DNA from: Ramazzottius varieornatus
Taxonomy: Eukaryota > Animalia > Tardigrada
Reading direction: 5' to 3'
DNA: 64,000 nt
Assembly: GCA_001949185.1 (NCBI GenBank)
Contig: BDGG01000007.1
Span: 186,001 to 250,000, forward strand
Positions 22,084 through 35,570 of the stretch are shown here, piece after piece. The notes below the pieces were generated by a model. It did not search any database. It had not been told where the DNA came from and worked only from the letters and a program-made list of their open reading frames with translations. Numbering within the stretch: the stretch's first letter is position 1; the number at the start of each line of letters is the position of its first letter. A program made the position numbers and the translations under genes.

Positions 22084-24448
22084 ATGAACAAACAAATCAA
22101 ACGCACTTCTATGACTAGTGACAGCGTCCGCAGAGAGGCAGAACTTTTTTGCAATAAGCTGAAATCCTTATCGGAAGAGACTGCGAGGTTTGCGAAACTA
22201 GAGCTGACGGTAACAGGAGCTCGTGAGATTGCTGCGCTGATTGTAATTGAACCCAAAAATCCCATCAGTGCGAAGACCATAGTCTATTGGCGTTGGACTA
22301 ACAAGGCAACCGCTTTCACTAGTTCCAAATCTGCGCTGTATTTTCCACTTCAGTACGTACTGATAGAGCCTGATGGGATGCCTGGATGGAGCGAAGAAAT
22401 CAAGAATACGATTAGGCAATTAGCGTATTACAGACAACTGTTGATGCGACACAAACCGATGCATAAGCTCGGATCACTGCTTAAAGAGTTCCTCGTGGAC
22501 ATTTTCAGTGCAGTAGAAACCGACCGTCTTAACTTCAAGCTCAAAAGGCAGAAGAGGGTTGTGAGAAAGGGTGATCTATCGCAGCTGAGGAGCGATGAAA
22601 CGATTAACGCGACGGTGAAATTAAGATTGGGCGAGTTTACCTCGCTTCTGAGTTTCTTGGATTTCCACGCCATCAACAAGAGTTAGTTGCTGATGCAATA
22701 GCTATCGTGAAGCGTTTTGGGAATCCTACCTTTTTTATAACAATGTCCTGTAATCCCAGATGGCCGGAGATCACTGCGCAACTGCGCCCTGGACAGACAG
22801 CTGCAGATCGCCCCGACATCACGGCTCGTGTGCCATGGAAAACTTGCTCAGCTTTTTGAGCTGATTCCAAAGGCACTCAAGTGTGGAACAATTATCTATT
22901 GAATACACGTAATTGAATTTCCGAAATGTGGTCTTCCACATGCTCACATTGCTATCAAAGCGCAGAATAAGCCTAAAACGGCAGAAGAAATCGACACTGT
23001 CATTAGCAGCTGCCTACCTCGTGATTACCCGCAGCTGGAAGGAATTATAGAATCACTGTACATCCATTCCTGCCAACCAGAACGGTGTCACAAAAAGCAG
23101 GAGATCACGAGTAATTACAAAGAATCGCGTTACGAACGGGGATACCCGTTTGTCCTAACCTCCGTCAATACTTCTTCTGCATTTTCCGTGCACTTTTCCA
23201 TTCCCTGCACTTTTCCATCCTCACTTTACAACCTGTTTATCATAAGTTAAATCCGGTCATTACACCTCGATCCTTCCAGTTTTCCTACATCATCGACAAG
23301 CTGCGAGCGAGCCGAAGGCGAAGCTAACAGCTTGTATTTTGTATTATAGCTAGTAAAAAGATCGGAATTATTTGCGTGGAAGTGATTTCTCTGTCGAGGT
23401 CTTAAGTGGAAGGGATCAATTTGGCTGAAACGAACTGTATCTTCTGGCTGACTGGTGCAATTACCGGATCAAAAGAATTTGTTTCTATAGTCCACCAGGC
23501 ATACGCGCGTGGGTGAAAGTCATAAGTGAATAGAAATAGACGGGCGGATGCGTCAAGTAATTAGTACTTCGAACAGAGTGGCTTTGGATAGAGCATGTAT
23601 TCTTGCCCGTGTGGAATGCGCTGGCGCCTAGAAAAAATTCAAAGTCCTTAATTATCCAGAATTATGATTTGCCCGATTCAGAAAAAAATTATTCCTGTGT
23701 TACTGCAGAGTTGAGAAATTCAGAACAATAGAACGCCGACGATAGCTCGGAGTTGGCAAAATGACAGAAAAAAGACTTCAGGACAAATTTCTGAAGTGGA
23801 CGTCTTTTCAGGAGTAACAACATCTTACGACCAAGCTGGAGACTTGGATGCTGTCGTTTGTCTCGCTGCGGGATGTCGCGTCATGCTTAACGTTAACCTA
23901 TGGACCGATCGAGGTTTGGTTAAAGGATCATTGGGAACCGTGATTGGTATAGTATACCCGAGAACGGTAAACCTCCATCCGTACCACTGTCAGTTGTCAT
24001 GCAATTCGATGACTACAATGGACCATCGTTCAGTCCGACAGTCCCGAGATTGTCCCCATCGAAACGTTCAAACGAACGTGATATGACACTGCCGGAAAAC
24101 CCTTATCCAGAAATCAGATACCGCTGTCCTTGGCTCATGCATTGATAGTCCACAGGGCCCAAGGAACAACATTAAGAGACGCGGTTCTGGACCTTGGCAA
24201 GAATGAGTTCGCCATGGGGCTTTCGTTTGTAGCATGTTCACGCGTGCGCTCTCTGTCAGATCTGGCGTTCTCAGAGTACTTCGACTTTAACCGTCTCGCT
24301 AAGCTAGCCAATTCTCCGGTTATCCAAGAGAAAATCGTGGAAGAACGACGGTTAGCTGTACTGGGCTACGAAGCGTAATAAAAATGTGCTACGGCTACTT
24401 GTTCCTCGCGCGCGCTCGGCCTTTCCAGTGGTCAGGACCATTTGCTAG
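22084..24448 (+). mobile_element. Helitron relic (Rep and PIF1-like helicase fragments, internally deleted)
   Basis: Rep: LQYVL..PDGMPGW, GSLLKEFLVD, GNPTFFITMSCNPRWPEI, DRPDITARV and HUH motif IEF..CGLPHAHI. Helicase: GCRVMLNVNL..GLVKGSLG, HRAQGTTL, VACSRV. 3' hairpin TGGTC-AG-GACCA followed by CTAG|T at 24445-24449. The 5' end was not located. Confidence 0.88.
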
Positions 24449-24634
24449 TTACTGCAGACTATTAATTGCTGTGGTGTACTGTTTACGCACTAAAGTATAG
24501 CATTTGCGTTTCTAGCCTTTCACAGTTGAAAGTTGGCTCGCGTGTGGATTAAACCAAACAGAAGGGACGTTTCAATGTCAGAATATCAATCAATGATAGT
24601 TTCCGCTCCTCTCGCCATCACATTTTGGGGTTGC

Positions 24635-25357
24635 TTATGTCGGAAGCAGTTCTGTGGGTAGCGCCGCTATATCCATGGGCTCGTCGTCGGCTGCTGGTGG
24701 GTATCAGAAAACAAAAGCAAACATCAAATTTTCGCAGTGTAGAATTATGCCGCAGAAGTCATAGCCATCGGTTTCACGTGCTTTGCTATCAATTCTTGAT
24801 TCACGAGCCTAACGTTAAAGGTTGAAGGTGTCACTTACCCGAGGGTTGCAAACACATGTAGTTCACCAACAATGGTCGACCGATACAGGCGGGCGGAATT
24901 ACGTTACTGCCGGGAAGAAGGCACTCGTCTTGGTTGTCGCAGGCTTCGCGTACAGCTTCGGCAAACCTCCCAGTACTGCAAGTTGATACTTTTGGCGATC
25001 CGCTCCTGTCGGTGTGTCTGTTCGGAAGAGCGAAAAAACTGACGTTCTGGATGCGCAGCGAAGATTCCAGCGGGCAAGCGACCGTCCCATTTTGACCACT
25101 TGGTATTATTTTTCTTCCCGTCAGGTCTCCTTCAGTGGTGGTCGATGGCACAGTATAGGTAGTTGGTTGCAGACGGCGGTTCTTCGTGGTGGCAGCACAG
25201 GTCGAGGTAAATAACGGAATTTGTGCGGATAGACAGGTGACAACCTAGAGAGATTTAACTGTTTAGGCCCTCGGGACGCGAATGGAAATCCATCAGACTA
25301 CCTTTCCGTTAGCATAAAAATGCTTACCAGTAAGCAAACTGCCTGAGCCATTGCCAT
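24635..25357 (-). CDS. Secreted SUEL/rhamnose-binding-lectin-like protein, 3 exons
   Basis: Signal peptide split by a phase-0 intron (MAMAQAVCLL|VVTCLSA). Cys pattern VACP..LRIQNV..C..VREACDNQDEC..C..LLVNYMC. Confidence 0.65.
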
Positions 25358-25841
25358 GTTGAAGATCGAGACTGGCAAGATTTACCATCTGCACTCACAA
25401 GGTGCAGGCTTCTAGCACGGTCAAGCTCCGTCGGACTGCTGAAATCGACTTAGTGTTCACGGCAAGATGCCACCTTCTGACCAACTTCTTTCGCGATGTT
25501 CTTTCGCATCATGGGTACATACAATGTTGAGAACAGTTTTCAAGAGGGTCCCCGCAGTGCTCGCGTGTATTATTAAACTGCGACTTGTCGAGTTCGTCTC
25601 GTCAGAATCTGTCTGTCAACTGTGTGTGCGGAAAAGTAATGAAACCGCCTCTTGTCTTTATTGTTATATTCTATTGGATATCTAAAATTATTCCGAAACA
25701 CAGCATGTCCTCTTTCGCTCTGCCTTACACAGAACGGTGATATCAATAATATTTAGACGAAATTTCATCGTTCGGAAGCTTCATACTGCGACACAATATT
25801 AATGCATGAATTCAGATGCAAATGCAGTACAATCAATTCTG

Positions 25842-26386
25842 CTACTTTTCGCATTTGAAATCTACCGTCAGAACTCGAGGTCGGCAGGCTGCGTTAGCTT
25901 CCGTGTAAGGCAGAGGATCAATGGCTTTAATGGCACATGAGCTGGTCCGTTCCCGGCCGCAGACACTCGTTATATAGTTCATCATGTTGCTTTCTGGACA
26001 AGTGGCATTCGAAGTCTGCGGGAATCTAAGGTAAGTTTGCGATGTCGTTGTTTCCACCACGGTTGTTGATTTAGCGAACTTTGCTCCGAGTATCGTTATA
26101 GCCGTGATGCTGGAGCACTGGATGGCCAGCGTCTTCCCGTCAGGAATCTGGAGCTTTCCGGTGAAATGTGGATAGTGAAGAACCGTGTCGTCCAGTTTCT
26201 GGATATTGAATACTTTGCTGTCGGCAAACTTTAAGGTGCACAGCGACAGGATGCAAACCTACAAAAAGAATATTCCGTTACGACCAGTACGTGTGAATAT
26301 CAGTCGCGGATAAGATGTTTAAGTGGTCCTCATACGACGTAGAGACGTACCGAAAGACCGCCGACCGTCGTCTGCGAAGGTCTCAT
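25842..26386 (-). CDS. Second secreted SUEL-like lectin, 2 exons (26351-26386, 25842-26258)
   Basis: MRPSQTTVGGLS|VCILSLCTLKFADS..LAIQC..ITILGAKF..CP..ITSVCG..SSCAI..C.PRVLTVDFKC. Same intron position and Cys spacing as its neighbour. Confidence 0.65.
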
Positions 26387-26794
26387 TTCTCCGTTAAATC
26401 TTCTCCGATTTTTCTCAATTCAAACCACAGGCAGGTAGATTGGTGTTTGTATACTGTGCGCAACAAAATAGCGACGACACTGAAACTAGCGAGTTATGCA
26501 CCGAGACTTCTGAAGTTTTCTGAATGGATTACGATCTAGAAAGGGAAAACTGTTTATTATGTAACTTATCGTAGTCGATACAGATCGCGGGGACACAGTC
26601 CACAGACACATTTCATCATGACGAGCTACTCGATCTTTTCTGGCAAACACGTTCCGTCCGAATTGACGACAGAAAAGGAAACTGAAGGTATTGGTAAAAT
26701 AGCCTCCGAACAGATGAGCAGAAATAGTAAAACGAAAAACGAAAACAGAAGAAAGTCCTTCGGGTAATTCGACGGAATTTTCCCGTCAGTTGCC

Positions 26795-27968
26795 CTAAGG
26801 TGCTGCAAAAACTTCGTCCTTGAAAGCTCTGGCAATCGGAGGTAAGCTCCTATTGAAGTAAATATACTGGAGCATCTCTTTGTGGGTAGTTAGCGGTTCC
26901 TTGAAGAGATCTTCGCTACTTTGAATGCTGACGCCACCGTGGCGCTCGTACGAATGTATCGCAGCCGAGTTCTTCCATTCAATCTTGCCGTATTGGTGGA
27001 AAAACTTGTTCAAGTCTCGATCAGGATGGGGGTTATTACACACGTGGTCAAGCACATAGACATCTTCTGGAAACAATGCTGTCAGATACGTGCTGATGAA
27101 TGCTTGGTTAAAGTTCCATTCTCCCACGTAAACATCCCGATAAGACCTTCGCCATGCCCAGAGGAACTTGGAGTCTTGGCGACCAGCCACCAGACCGATG
27201 TTATTCCCATCTCGGTCGCCGTAGCACGTGATGGACTTTTTGGATTGTAGAATGTCTTTGATGTGCTGCCCTCTGACGAAAAACACGTCAAAGTCGACAG
27301 CGATTCCGCCGTGCTTGAGAAGCACATCCAGCTTAGCAATGTCGGCGGAGTGCTCGATGAACCCGAGCTTCTTGGGCTTGCCTTGCCTGATGCCGACATC
27401 TGTCGGTCGAACCATCGGAACTTGACGAATGAGATTTCTGCTGGTCAGGTTATCCCAATGTGGACCTGCAACCACAAAGCAGTCAAGATGATTAGGTCGC
27501 CCTCTCAGTAGAAGGGAAAACACGTAAGTTTTACAAACCGGTCGGAGTGAAGTCGCCATGGATCAGGATACCATCTGGTTTCAAATATTGTACACCAGAC
27601 ATCACGCTAAGAAAGTCTGTAAACTTCAGTTCTGTGTTCTTGTTGTCCGGCTTAAAACGGATGTAGTGCAGATAGAATGGCTTCAGTGTTGCGTTTTGCA
27701 TCGGCCCTGCCAAGAGATCCTGCAAGGGGACTGAGCCTCCGGATCGATCGGTAAATTTTGGTTTTGAATGGATGTCTTCGAGAGGCGAGTCTTGAAGTTT
27801 GTCTGAGGACCGTAAGTTTGCGTACCATTCCGCCGCACTTTCCGAGGAACTGAAGATTTCGTGTCTGAGCATCAACAGTAGCACTGTAACGATCGCCATA
27901 ATGATTAAAAAGCCTCGTACGAATCTGGCCGGATTCCCACGTCTTCTTCCGGGGTAGGAAGGGGACAT
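26795..27968 (-). CDS. Type II membrane glycosyltransferase, GT32/alpha-1,4-GlcNAc-transferase-like, 2 exons
   Basis: N-terminal TM, LHYIRF, FLSVMS..LKPDGILIHGD, EHSADIAKLDVLLKHGGIAVDFDV (DxD motif), SKFLWAW..Y..WNFN. Confidence 0.85.
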
Positions 27969-29323
27969 GACGGAAATGCTTTACGGTGGTCCGAGAGTAG
28001 AGCTGAAAATGTACCCGTCTGAGATCAACATCTCAGAATAAGACATTGCGCCAAAACACAGTTTGAATTCCCTGTCAGGTACGAATCCTGCATCTGTCCG
28101 CCATAACGAGGTATTCCCGCATCGTACAGGCTGGAAACCGGTGAACTGGAAACGACGATGCGTTCAATATCTAACATTCACAGGTTTCGTTTGATGCAAC
28201 TTACGCTGAACATGCGCCATGAAGTTCAAATTCGGAATTCAGCAGATCGCGGATCTACAATTGCGTGGTACAACGTGTCAATCACAAACTCGAACTTATT
28301 CATTCGCAAGATTGCAATGACGAGCTTCACATGTGGGATAATTGTTTGGCAAAGGATTAGATATCGGAGTTATCGCTTTATGGATACGTTGTTTGAACAC
28401 CTCGTTGCGTCATAACTATACAGCATCACAACGCACAGAAACATTCACGGATGTCGGGCGAAGTAGGCAGTCAAATTTCGTTCACCGGTTGTTTTGTTCT
28501 CAGTTATAAATGGATAACCCAAAATACTGTACACGCGGCCGGCTTAATTCTGGGCATGGACAAAATTATGGGCAAGTTATTTCCGAAAAAGCGGCTTCGC
28601 CAGCTGTAGTCGCTTACACTTTAACAGAGCTGGCCAACGCGGCCAACAGAGCGTTTTACGCAGATTTTCTGATCGTTGTTAATTTCAGATTCGATCTCGA
28701 TATCCTCCCGCGTTCGCCTACGCCGCGAGCAAACCCAGCTCTGACGCTAAATTCACCTTCTAGACTCTTTGAACTGGAAAGGAGTCGCTGGGGAAATCGT
28801 TAGCGAAATTAAGCTTTCCCCACTGTCGTCCGTCCGCCACTGCGCGAACTGCATCTCTCAGATTTTCTTCGATGCGCTTTCGGCGCTTCTTGCGCTTGAA
28901 ACCTTCTGACATTTTGTAAGGTAAAGTTTGTCGAGATTGGAAAAACAGTTCATGGAGGAGTAGATTACAGAACTTGGAATGACAGCGTACAATAAAAAGC
29001 TCATTGCGAAATTTTCAATTCCTGACGTCACATGGATAGTTTCTGTTCCGGTACGATATTCTCTGCGTTCAATTAGCGCCGGCTTGTGCTGCCCACAATT
29101 TTTTCCATGCCCAGTATTGGGCCAGACGAATGCTCACACCGTACAAGTAGTCTGCACTTCGATGCGCTGCTGACGAAGGGACTCTGCCACTTGGCCATGA
29201 CTTGGAGCGTCACGGGATCAGCGGTGAATGGAGGTCGAGCGTGAAGCTTTGAGTACGATACATGGCTGCTGTTTGATCTCGGAAAGTAGGCGCATGTTTG
29301 GAATCGAAGGACTACTCCGAAGC

Positions 29324-30388
29324 CTACTGTATGGTGCGTCGACATTGTCTGTACAGCATTTTTCGTATTTCTGTGTTGGCCAACACGATTAGGATTGGAT
29401 CAAAGAGGGTCGTGAGTCGCTGCAGTATGTCAGCAACGTCCAGGACACCCGGCGGCTCGCTCTCAGCCCAGATCAGGTACGTGAAGAATGCCTCCTTGGG
29501 TAAGAGGCAGATGGCGACGCTCAACGTCATCAAGGTTAAAGTCACAAAGCCAGTCAGACTACCGTTCAGCTCTCTTCCACAAATCCGATGTCGCTTGACT
29601 TTCTTCGCTCCAGCCCCAGGGTTGGTGATCGTTGCGACCGTCCCACCGGAAATTCGAGACGGCTGAAAGTCCTGCTGGCCATGGGCATAACTTGCGACTG
29701 CAAGTGATTGCGGGAATATCCGTTGCTTGCGCTTGCTGAAGAAGGACTTGTAGCAGACGTACGGATACGACACGATGACCAACACCATTGGAGTGACGAA
29801 CAGGCCTATTTCTGTGAAAACGAACAAGATGCCGGTCGTGTCTATATCACACGACCAGGTGTTGGGGAACGATCCTGGATTAAGACTGGCGGTGAGGAGA
29901 GTCACTGGAATGTAAACCACGTTCATGGCGAGCCACACAGAGCCACAGAGTAGAACAGCGACTTTCGTGGAATGATCAGTGCGGTAGGAGAAAGGAAACG
30001 ACAATGCCCAGATACGGTTCACGGCGATGAGGAAGTGCGCCCAAATAATCAAGGTCTCGTAGGTGTAACCGACGAAGTTGACGAAAATGCATACTTCGTA
30101 GCCGAGGACCCAAACATGGTAATAAGCGTCCGGCATCGTGAGTGGACTGTAGACCAGAGCCAGAATGGTTTCGTTGATCAGTAGATTCACCACATAAACT
30201 CCGAAGGAGTTCCGCAGACTTCTTCGAGAAAGAAAGATGGCCAAAACACTGACGTTGCAAATGATACCTGCTACGACGCCGAAGAGTCCGAAAGTATTGA
30301 GGGGATTCCACCCTGCATCAGGAGCCGTGTCGGTTGTGTTCGTCGAATTTGTCCCGTTTATGGTCCAAGAAACATGTTTGGACGACAT
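29324..30388 (-). CDS. Intronless class A (rhodopsin-like) orphan GPCR, 354 aa
   Basis: Seven hydrophobic segments, N-terminal N-glycosylation sites, GIICN (TM1), WVLGYEVC, IAVNRIWAL..PFSY (DRY equivalent) and FDPILI (NPxxY equivalent). Confidence 0.92.
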   Translation of the reverse strand: MSSKHVSWTINGTNSTNTTDTAPDAGWNPLNTFGLFGVVAGIICNVSVLAIFLSRRSLRNSFGVYVVNLLINETILALVYSPLTMPDAYYHVWVLGYEVCIFVNFVGYTYETLIIWAHFLIAVNRIWALSFPFSYRTDHSTKVAVLLCGSVWLAMNVVYIPVTLLTASLNPGSFPNTWSCDIDTTGILFVFTEIGLFVTPMVLVIVSYPYVCYKSFFSKRKQRIFPQSLAVASYAHGQQDFQPSRISGGTVATITNPGAGAKKVKRHRICGRELNGSLTGFVTLTLMTLSVAICLLPKEAFFTYLIWAESEPPGVLDVADILQRLTTLFDPILIVLANTEIRKMLYRQCRRTIQ

Positions 30389-30678
30389 ACTGGGACTTAT
30401 ACTGTAAATCGGCCTGGTGAGGCAGGAAAGGGGAGGCGGACCTTACACTGAACAATAATAAAGTTGCCGTATTCAAGAATTTATCGAAATTGAATGTACA
30501 CCAGAAGTGACTGGGATGTAAAGATGCACAGATTGCTCATCCCGTTCAGCAGATACCGCTGATGTGCCTTTTCGAGCATAAAGAACGGTCTTAAAAATCG
30601 AGCAGACGAACTTATGGCCTTGCACTGTACTGTGTGGCTTTAGCGGATCTCAAAACAACACTGCCAATCTTGAAGTGG

Positions 30679-30723
30679 GTGCCTCCACTTCCGCTAGCTG
30701 GGAACCAGCGGAAGTGGAGGCAC
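30679..30723. repeat. Short perfect hairpin
   Basis: GTGCCTCCACTTCCGCT-agctgggaacc-AGCGGAAGTGGAGGCAC. Confidence 0.7.
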
Positions 30724-31254
30724 GCAGAACCCTAGCCGCTAAAAGGCCACTCGATATTTTTTTTTTGCTTGTTCCGTGACATGCTTTCGGAACCTCAACA
30801 GAATGTCAGATCGAAAAGTCTTGGTGAAGAAATGCCGTAAGTACCTAAAGTTACGAAATGGGTACATTAGAGATGCTTTTTGACGCAACCTGAGCACGAA
30901 GTCCGACCTTGGACTCCAGTGCTGACAAAAACGGTTTGTCTCATGATCGGTAATGTGACTGGCTCCATGTATAACGGGGAAACGTTCTCGGTTACGTCGA
31001 GGCCTCAGCTTTTTCTGTTAGAGCGCAACATTTCTACGCAGTGCGTGACCACTACCTGACCATGTAGACGGACCGTTCCGTATCCAGCCTGAAAGTACAA
31101 TGAAGAAAGTGCTTCCCTGCCCGTGAGCCAGCGACTGAGTCAAAATGCATCGATAAATTGGCAGAGAGACCACGGGCAAAAATGCCACATGCCATGCAAA
31201 TCCTGTACTGTACATGAACTTATGACCTTGTACTGAGATACAGTCACTGTCACG

Positions 31255-31515
31255 GGCTATCGGCGCCTCATGGTCTTCGCTCGTAATTTCATTTTTTCCG
31301 AACCCGTCTTCCGATTGTAAAATTTAAACACTGTCATTTAGAAGACACCTCCTAAATCAAAGTGGTTAAACTTTTAGAATCGGACGACGAGTTCAGAAGT
31401 TATGAAATTACGAGGGAAGACCATGAGGTGCCGATAACCTTCTAAATCACAGTGGCTAAATTTTTAGAATCGGACGACGGGTTGAGAAGTTATGAAATCA
31501 CGAGGGAAAACCATG
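31255..31515. mobile_element. MITE-like inverted repeat with a tandem partial copy of its right arm
   Basis: tatcggcgcctcatggtcttcgctcgtaatttcat pairs with atgaaattacgagggaagaccatgaggtgccgata. 31442-31515 repeats 31352-31425. Confidence 0.65.
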
Positions 31516-32181
31516 GCCAGTAAAACCAACTCACGAAAGACAAAGGTTCTTGAATTGTACATTTCGTTTGCTTGGCGACGAGCTTTCCGTTAGGAAAGTT
31601 TCGTGGTTGAAGTGGATGAAGAAACACTCACCGGTAATTAGCGCGGCGCAACTCCTGCCGAGCAGGCAGATCAGGAACCCTTTCCGGCAAGACTACAAAC
31701 ACCGCCCTCAGACTGTGTCTCTACATGGAAGAAAGAAATACCCCCATGATCAGTGACGGGACCGACTTCTGGCTGCAACAGGGATCAGTTCCTGCTTTCA
31801 CATGAAGGATACTCGCATTTCCGATCTAGCTTTCTTCTCATAGGAAATGCGAGCATCCTTAGGCAGTGCGTGACAGCAACACAACAGCGTGGCTAGTTCT
31901 TTCCGGATCCCGTTACTGCTGCCACTCCTTAAAAGCAAGTATCGCGATTCCACTGTTTTCTCACCGCTTTTCGTGCATACATGTAGCAGAGATAGCACTC
32001 ATATTAATAAAATCGGAACCTCATGCTGCGGGGCAAATTTGTAGCGATTCTTTTTCCGCAGATGTTCTTGACCTAGACCATGGAGTAGTGTTAAAAAAGC
32101 AGTGTTCCTCGTAAGAGTAACCGAACCTCGGCTCTGGTGCAGAAAAACGTGACGATGGTCGGTTTAATTAAAATAATTAGA

Positions 32182-32284
32182 TACGGTCACGGTCATGGGT
32201 GAGCATCACTCCATAGCCTTACATTTTTGATTGCATACATCCCGTCACGTGACAGACTGACGCTGACCCATGACCGTGACTGTA
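32182..32284. mobile_element. TA-flanked MITE
   Basis: TA-CGGTCACGGTCATGGGT...ACCCATGACCGTGACTG-TA. Confidence 0.7.
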
Positions 32285-32990
32285 GAGCAAAGCAGGGGCT
32301 GCATCGGTTGAGTTATCGAATAACCCAGTTGCACCTGATGGTGACGGATCTGCCAGGTTTAAAAATCAAGCATACACCTTCCGGGTACGCGTGGGCTGTG
32401 GTTGATAAGATGATTTCATCGGATTTATTTTCACGTACAACCAGAACATCGCTCCTGACGTGGAAGCAGTGATTAACACCTTGAGCACGGGACAGGAAAC
32501 TCACTCTCCTGCAGCACACTAATTTCTACGTGGCGAGAGTTAAGCTTAGCTTTTGCTACCCGTTTTGATGTCTGCCTGAAGAATCACCCTCTATTGAAAC
32601 TGCAACTAATGGCCACTGGATAGCGGCTATGCAAATCTTCCTGGAATTTCTCGTTTTCGAGGAAATTTCGTCGTAGCCAGCAATTTTCGTCGAGCCAGCA
32701 ATTTTCGTCGAGCCAGGCTCTTGGTTAGCTCAAAGTCTCCCAAAAAATTGTAGCTCTAATTTAATCATTTTCTTATTTTGCTGGAATTTTAGATTCGAAA
32801 AAATTTCTGCCCGATGGTCAACAAGAAATCATGAACGTTGACTGTTTCAAGCTGGTAGGTGGCGCACTGTGCATCATATTGCCAAATTTCGACCAATGAA
32901 GGCGAAAGTGAGTTACCCACCTCGTAGGTTAAAAGCACGAAACCGCGCTCAAGGTTTTAAATTACGATATTCGCAGAGCAGCAACTACTG

Positions 32991-33138
32991 TACACTTGGT
33001 CACTTAATCATTGGCATGGACAGGATCGTTGGCAGCCGGCCGAAACCGGCAACGCTCCTTATTTTTAGCTGACCACTGCCGCTTTCGGACGGCTGCCAAT
33101 GATTATGCACATGCCAATGATTAGGCCAGGCACGTGTA
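32991..33138. mobile_element. TA-flanked MITE
   Basis: taatcattggcatg..tggcagccggccgaaa pairs with tttcggacggctgcca..catgccaatgatta. Confidence 0.65.
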
Positions 33139-35570
33139 CTCTTATCAGAAGGAGCTTACGTGATAAACTCTTGCAAAGTTTGATGACTGAGCTATACGAA
33201 CCTGAAAAGCAACTACTGTAATGCTTCTTGAACTTCGCGATCGTCATCATATGCGTCAATTTTGCACGTCGGGCACGAGTTTCACGCAGTCTGGCCAAAC
33301 AACAGGGCATGTGGTAAAAGCTGAACAAGACGCTGGACACGGACATTGGACAATTCCCGGTTGGACAGCTGTACTGGACAATTGGACAGGACAAACTGAT
33401 TTGGAACCGCGTACAAACGCGACCGAAGCACGAAAACATCTTTTTATATTTTCCAAATGACGCAATGGTGACACAGTATCGACAGCAAAGTGAGCAAACG
33501 ACGGAAATTTCGAAAGTGCAATCCATAATTTGAACAATTTCATGACACTAAAGTACTTTAAGTGATTCAAGGAAATTCTAATGAAACAGACCAGGTCGTC
33601 TGAGTTCCCGATTCAGCTTCCAGTCTGAATGATTTGAGACGTAGTTGGTGCGCCTTAAGTCGGCAAACGAAACGTGAAGATCGCAGTCTCGAGCAGCGCA
33701 CTGGTCCATTGTTAGTGGCTGGAATCTGTTAGAGCTACTTTGAAAGACGCGGGGTTCAAGGCACAGGTACGCGGCTCTGAGAATTACGTAGTTGTTGGAT
33801 AACCAAGACACAAAGATGAGGAACCTTCCGCAGTCTGGTACGGAGGCGCTCTGTAAATTGCTGAAGCTATAGCTCGAAGAACGCCCTGTTGCAAAGGAAC
33901 AGCTCTGACATCTTGAAGAAGCAGACTTCGCACCAACCACTGTTGTGAAGCAAATTAGGGCCGAAGTCCGTCTCAAAAGTGACCAACAGTAGACGCTTGT
34001 TTACCTCAGTTGTGAAGGGTTTCGATGATAAGATGCCTCAATCATCGACCTGCCATTTCGCTAGTCACGAGCCTGGCGGCTATGCATTGTGGAGCTACGA
34101 GGTAAACGACATAATTCGAGCGTATATTTTCTCAGCTCCTGTTGCTTGTAATCACTGATCAACCGCTTCTTGTTCCATGAGGTAGATCGATCCCTCTGTT
34201 CCAGTTCCTAGTGGGTTATCGGAACGACAACGCGTTGTAGATCACAGGGATTTTTCCGGGGAGAGAGATGCGTCAGTTCAATGTTAAAAAGCCTGCATCG
34301 CCACGTTCGTGTACGTACTGCGCGGAGGCAGCGAATATTTACAGTATACCTGGATTATGTCGTTTATCTCGTATAGTTGCGTGATTACCGGTGAGAGATG
34401 CAGGGTTCGACAAAGTGTCCGAGAACGGGAGACTGACTCCGCGAAAGTAACGCATTTCCAGTTTCTCGCGACAGTAGCGCACTTGCGGTGATTATGCTGT
34501 AATCATTGACTACGAAACGTTTATTGCATAGAATTTGAATTGTATGAAATCACATGATTTTATACAATTTTGGTCGAAAACAGACGTGTTTCGCAAGTCA
34601 CGTATCGGCTCTGAATAGAATAAAATCTCATAATTTTATACTCTGTCAGTTTCTGTGCAGAAACCGTTTCGCGGTTGGCTCACTTCCGGCACAGAATATT
34701 AGCATAAAGGGATATTAGGCCGCGCGGGTTCAGCAGGGTATCGGAATTCGCGGGGCCTATCATTTAGCCCTCTACTAGATAACGCCCGGACTTCTTTCGC
34801 TTTTTCTGGTGATAGTTTCGGGAAGACAATTATCTCTTCCCAACTTCAATGCTAGTTTCGGTCGAAAACATGATGAATTTCGAGAAGGAACGAGAGCGGA
34901 AGTCAAGTGGCGCAATGTGGGAGAGGCGTGTAGCTCGGATCACTTGACGCGCCCAGTCCAATTCGCTGATTGGTCTGATCACGGTCCACTCCACCAAAAT
35001 CTCAAATTTCGACCGAAGTGGTCAATAGTACAATCAACTCAGCTTGCACAGAATTTGAAATTCTGTGCAGCGATATTAGGCAAAACATAAGTCGTGGATA
35101 ACTGCACAGCATACAACCTATACTTATGCTGTGCAAGCCGAAAACATGACTTGCGAAACAGGTCCAACATGACTTACAAAACAGGTTTAAAATCGTTTTG
35201 CTGTACAAGCATAGTATGGAGTGGAAGGTAATTCGGCTGGATAAGTTATATCGATACGTCTTCGGGCCTACTTTTGATGCATGTTCATCTTACCAGGCCT
35301 TATATCTTTGTGGAGTATTGTGGGAAAATCCGGAATTCCGCCTTGACTTGATCAAAAGGTTCCTGTTTCCAGTTCAGTTCACTATGTTCTTCATGCCGGA
35401 GCCGATTCCATCTCTGAGTGGAAATACTCAAATGTATTTTGGCAGAAATGGATCGCATGTGGTCGAAGTTTACCGGCTCCACTTTTAACTGCTACTGGGA
35501 TGCATGCAACACAGACGACTACCTGGAAAATCTTCGAGTGTCTACAGTCAGCGTTCAAGACGATATGGAA

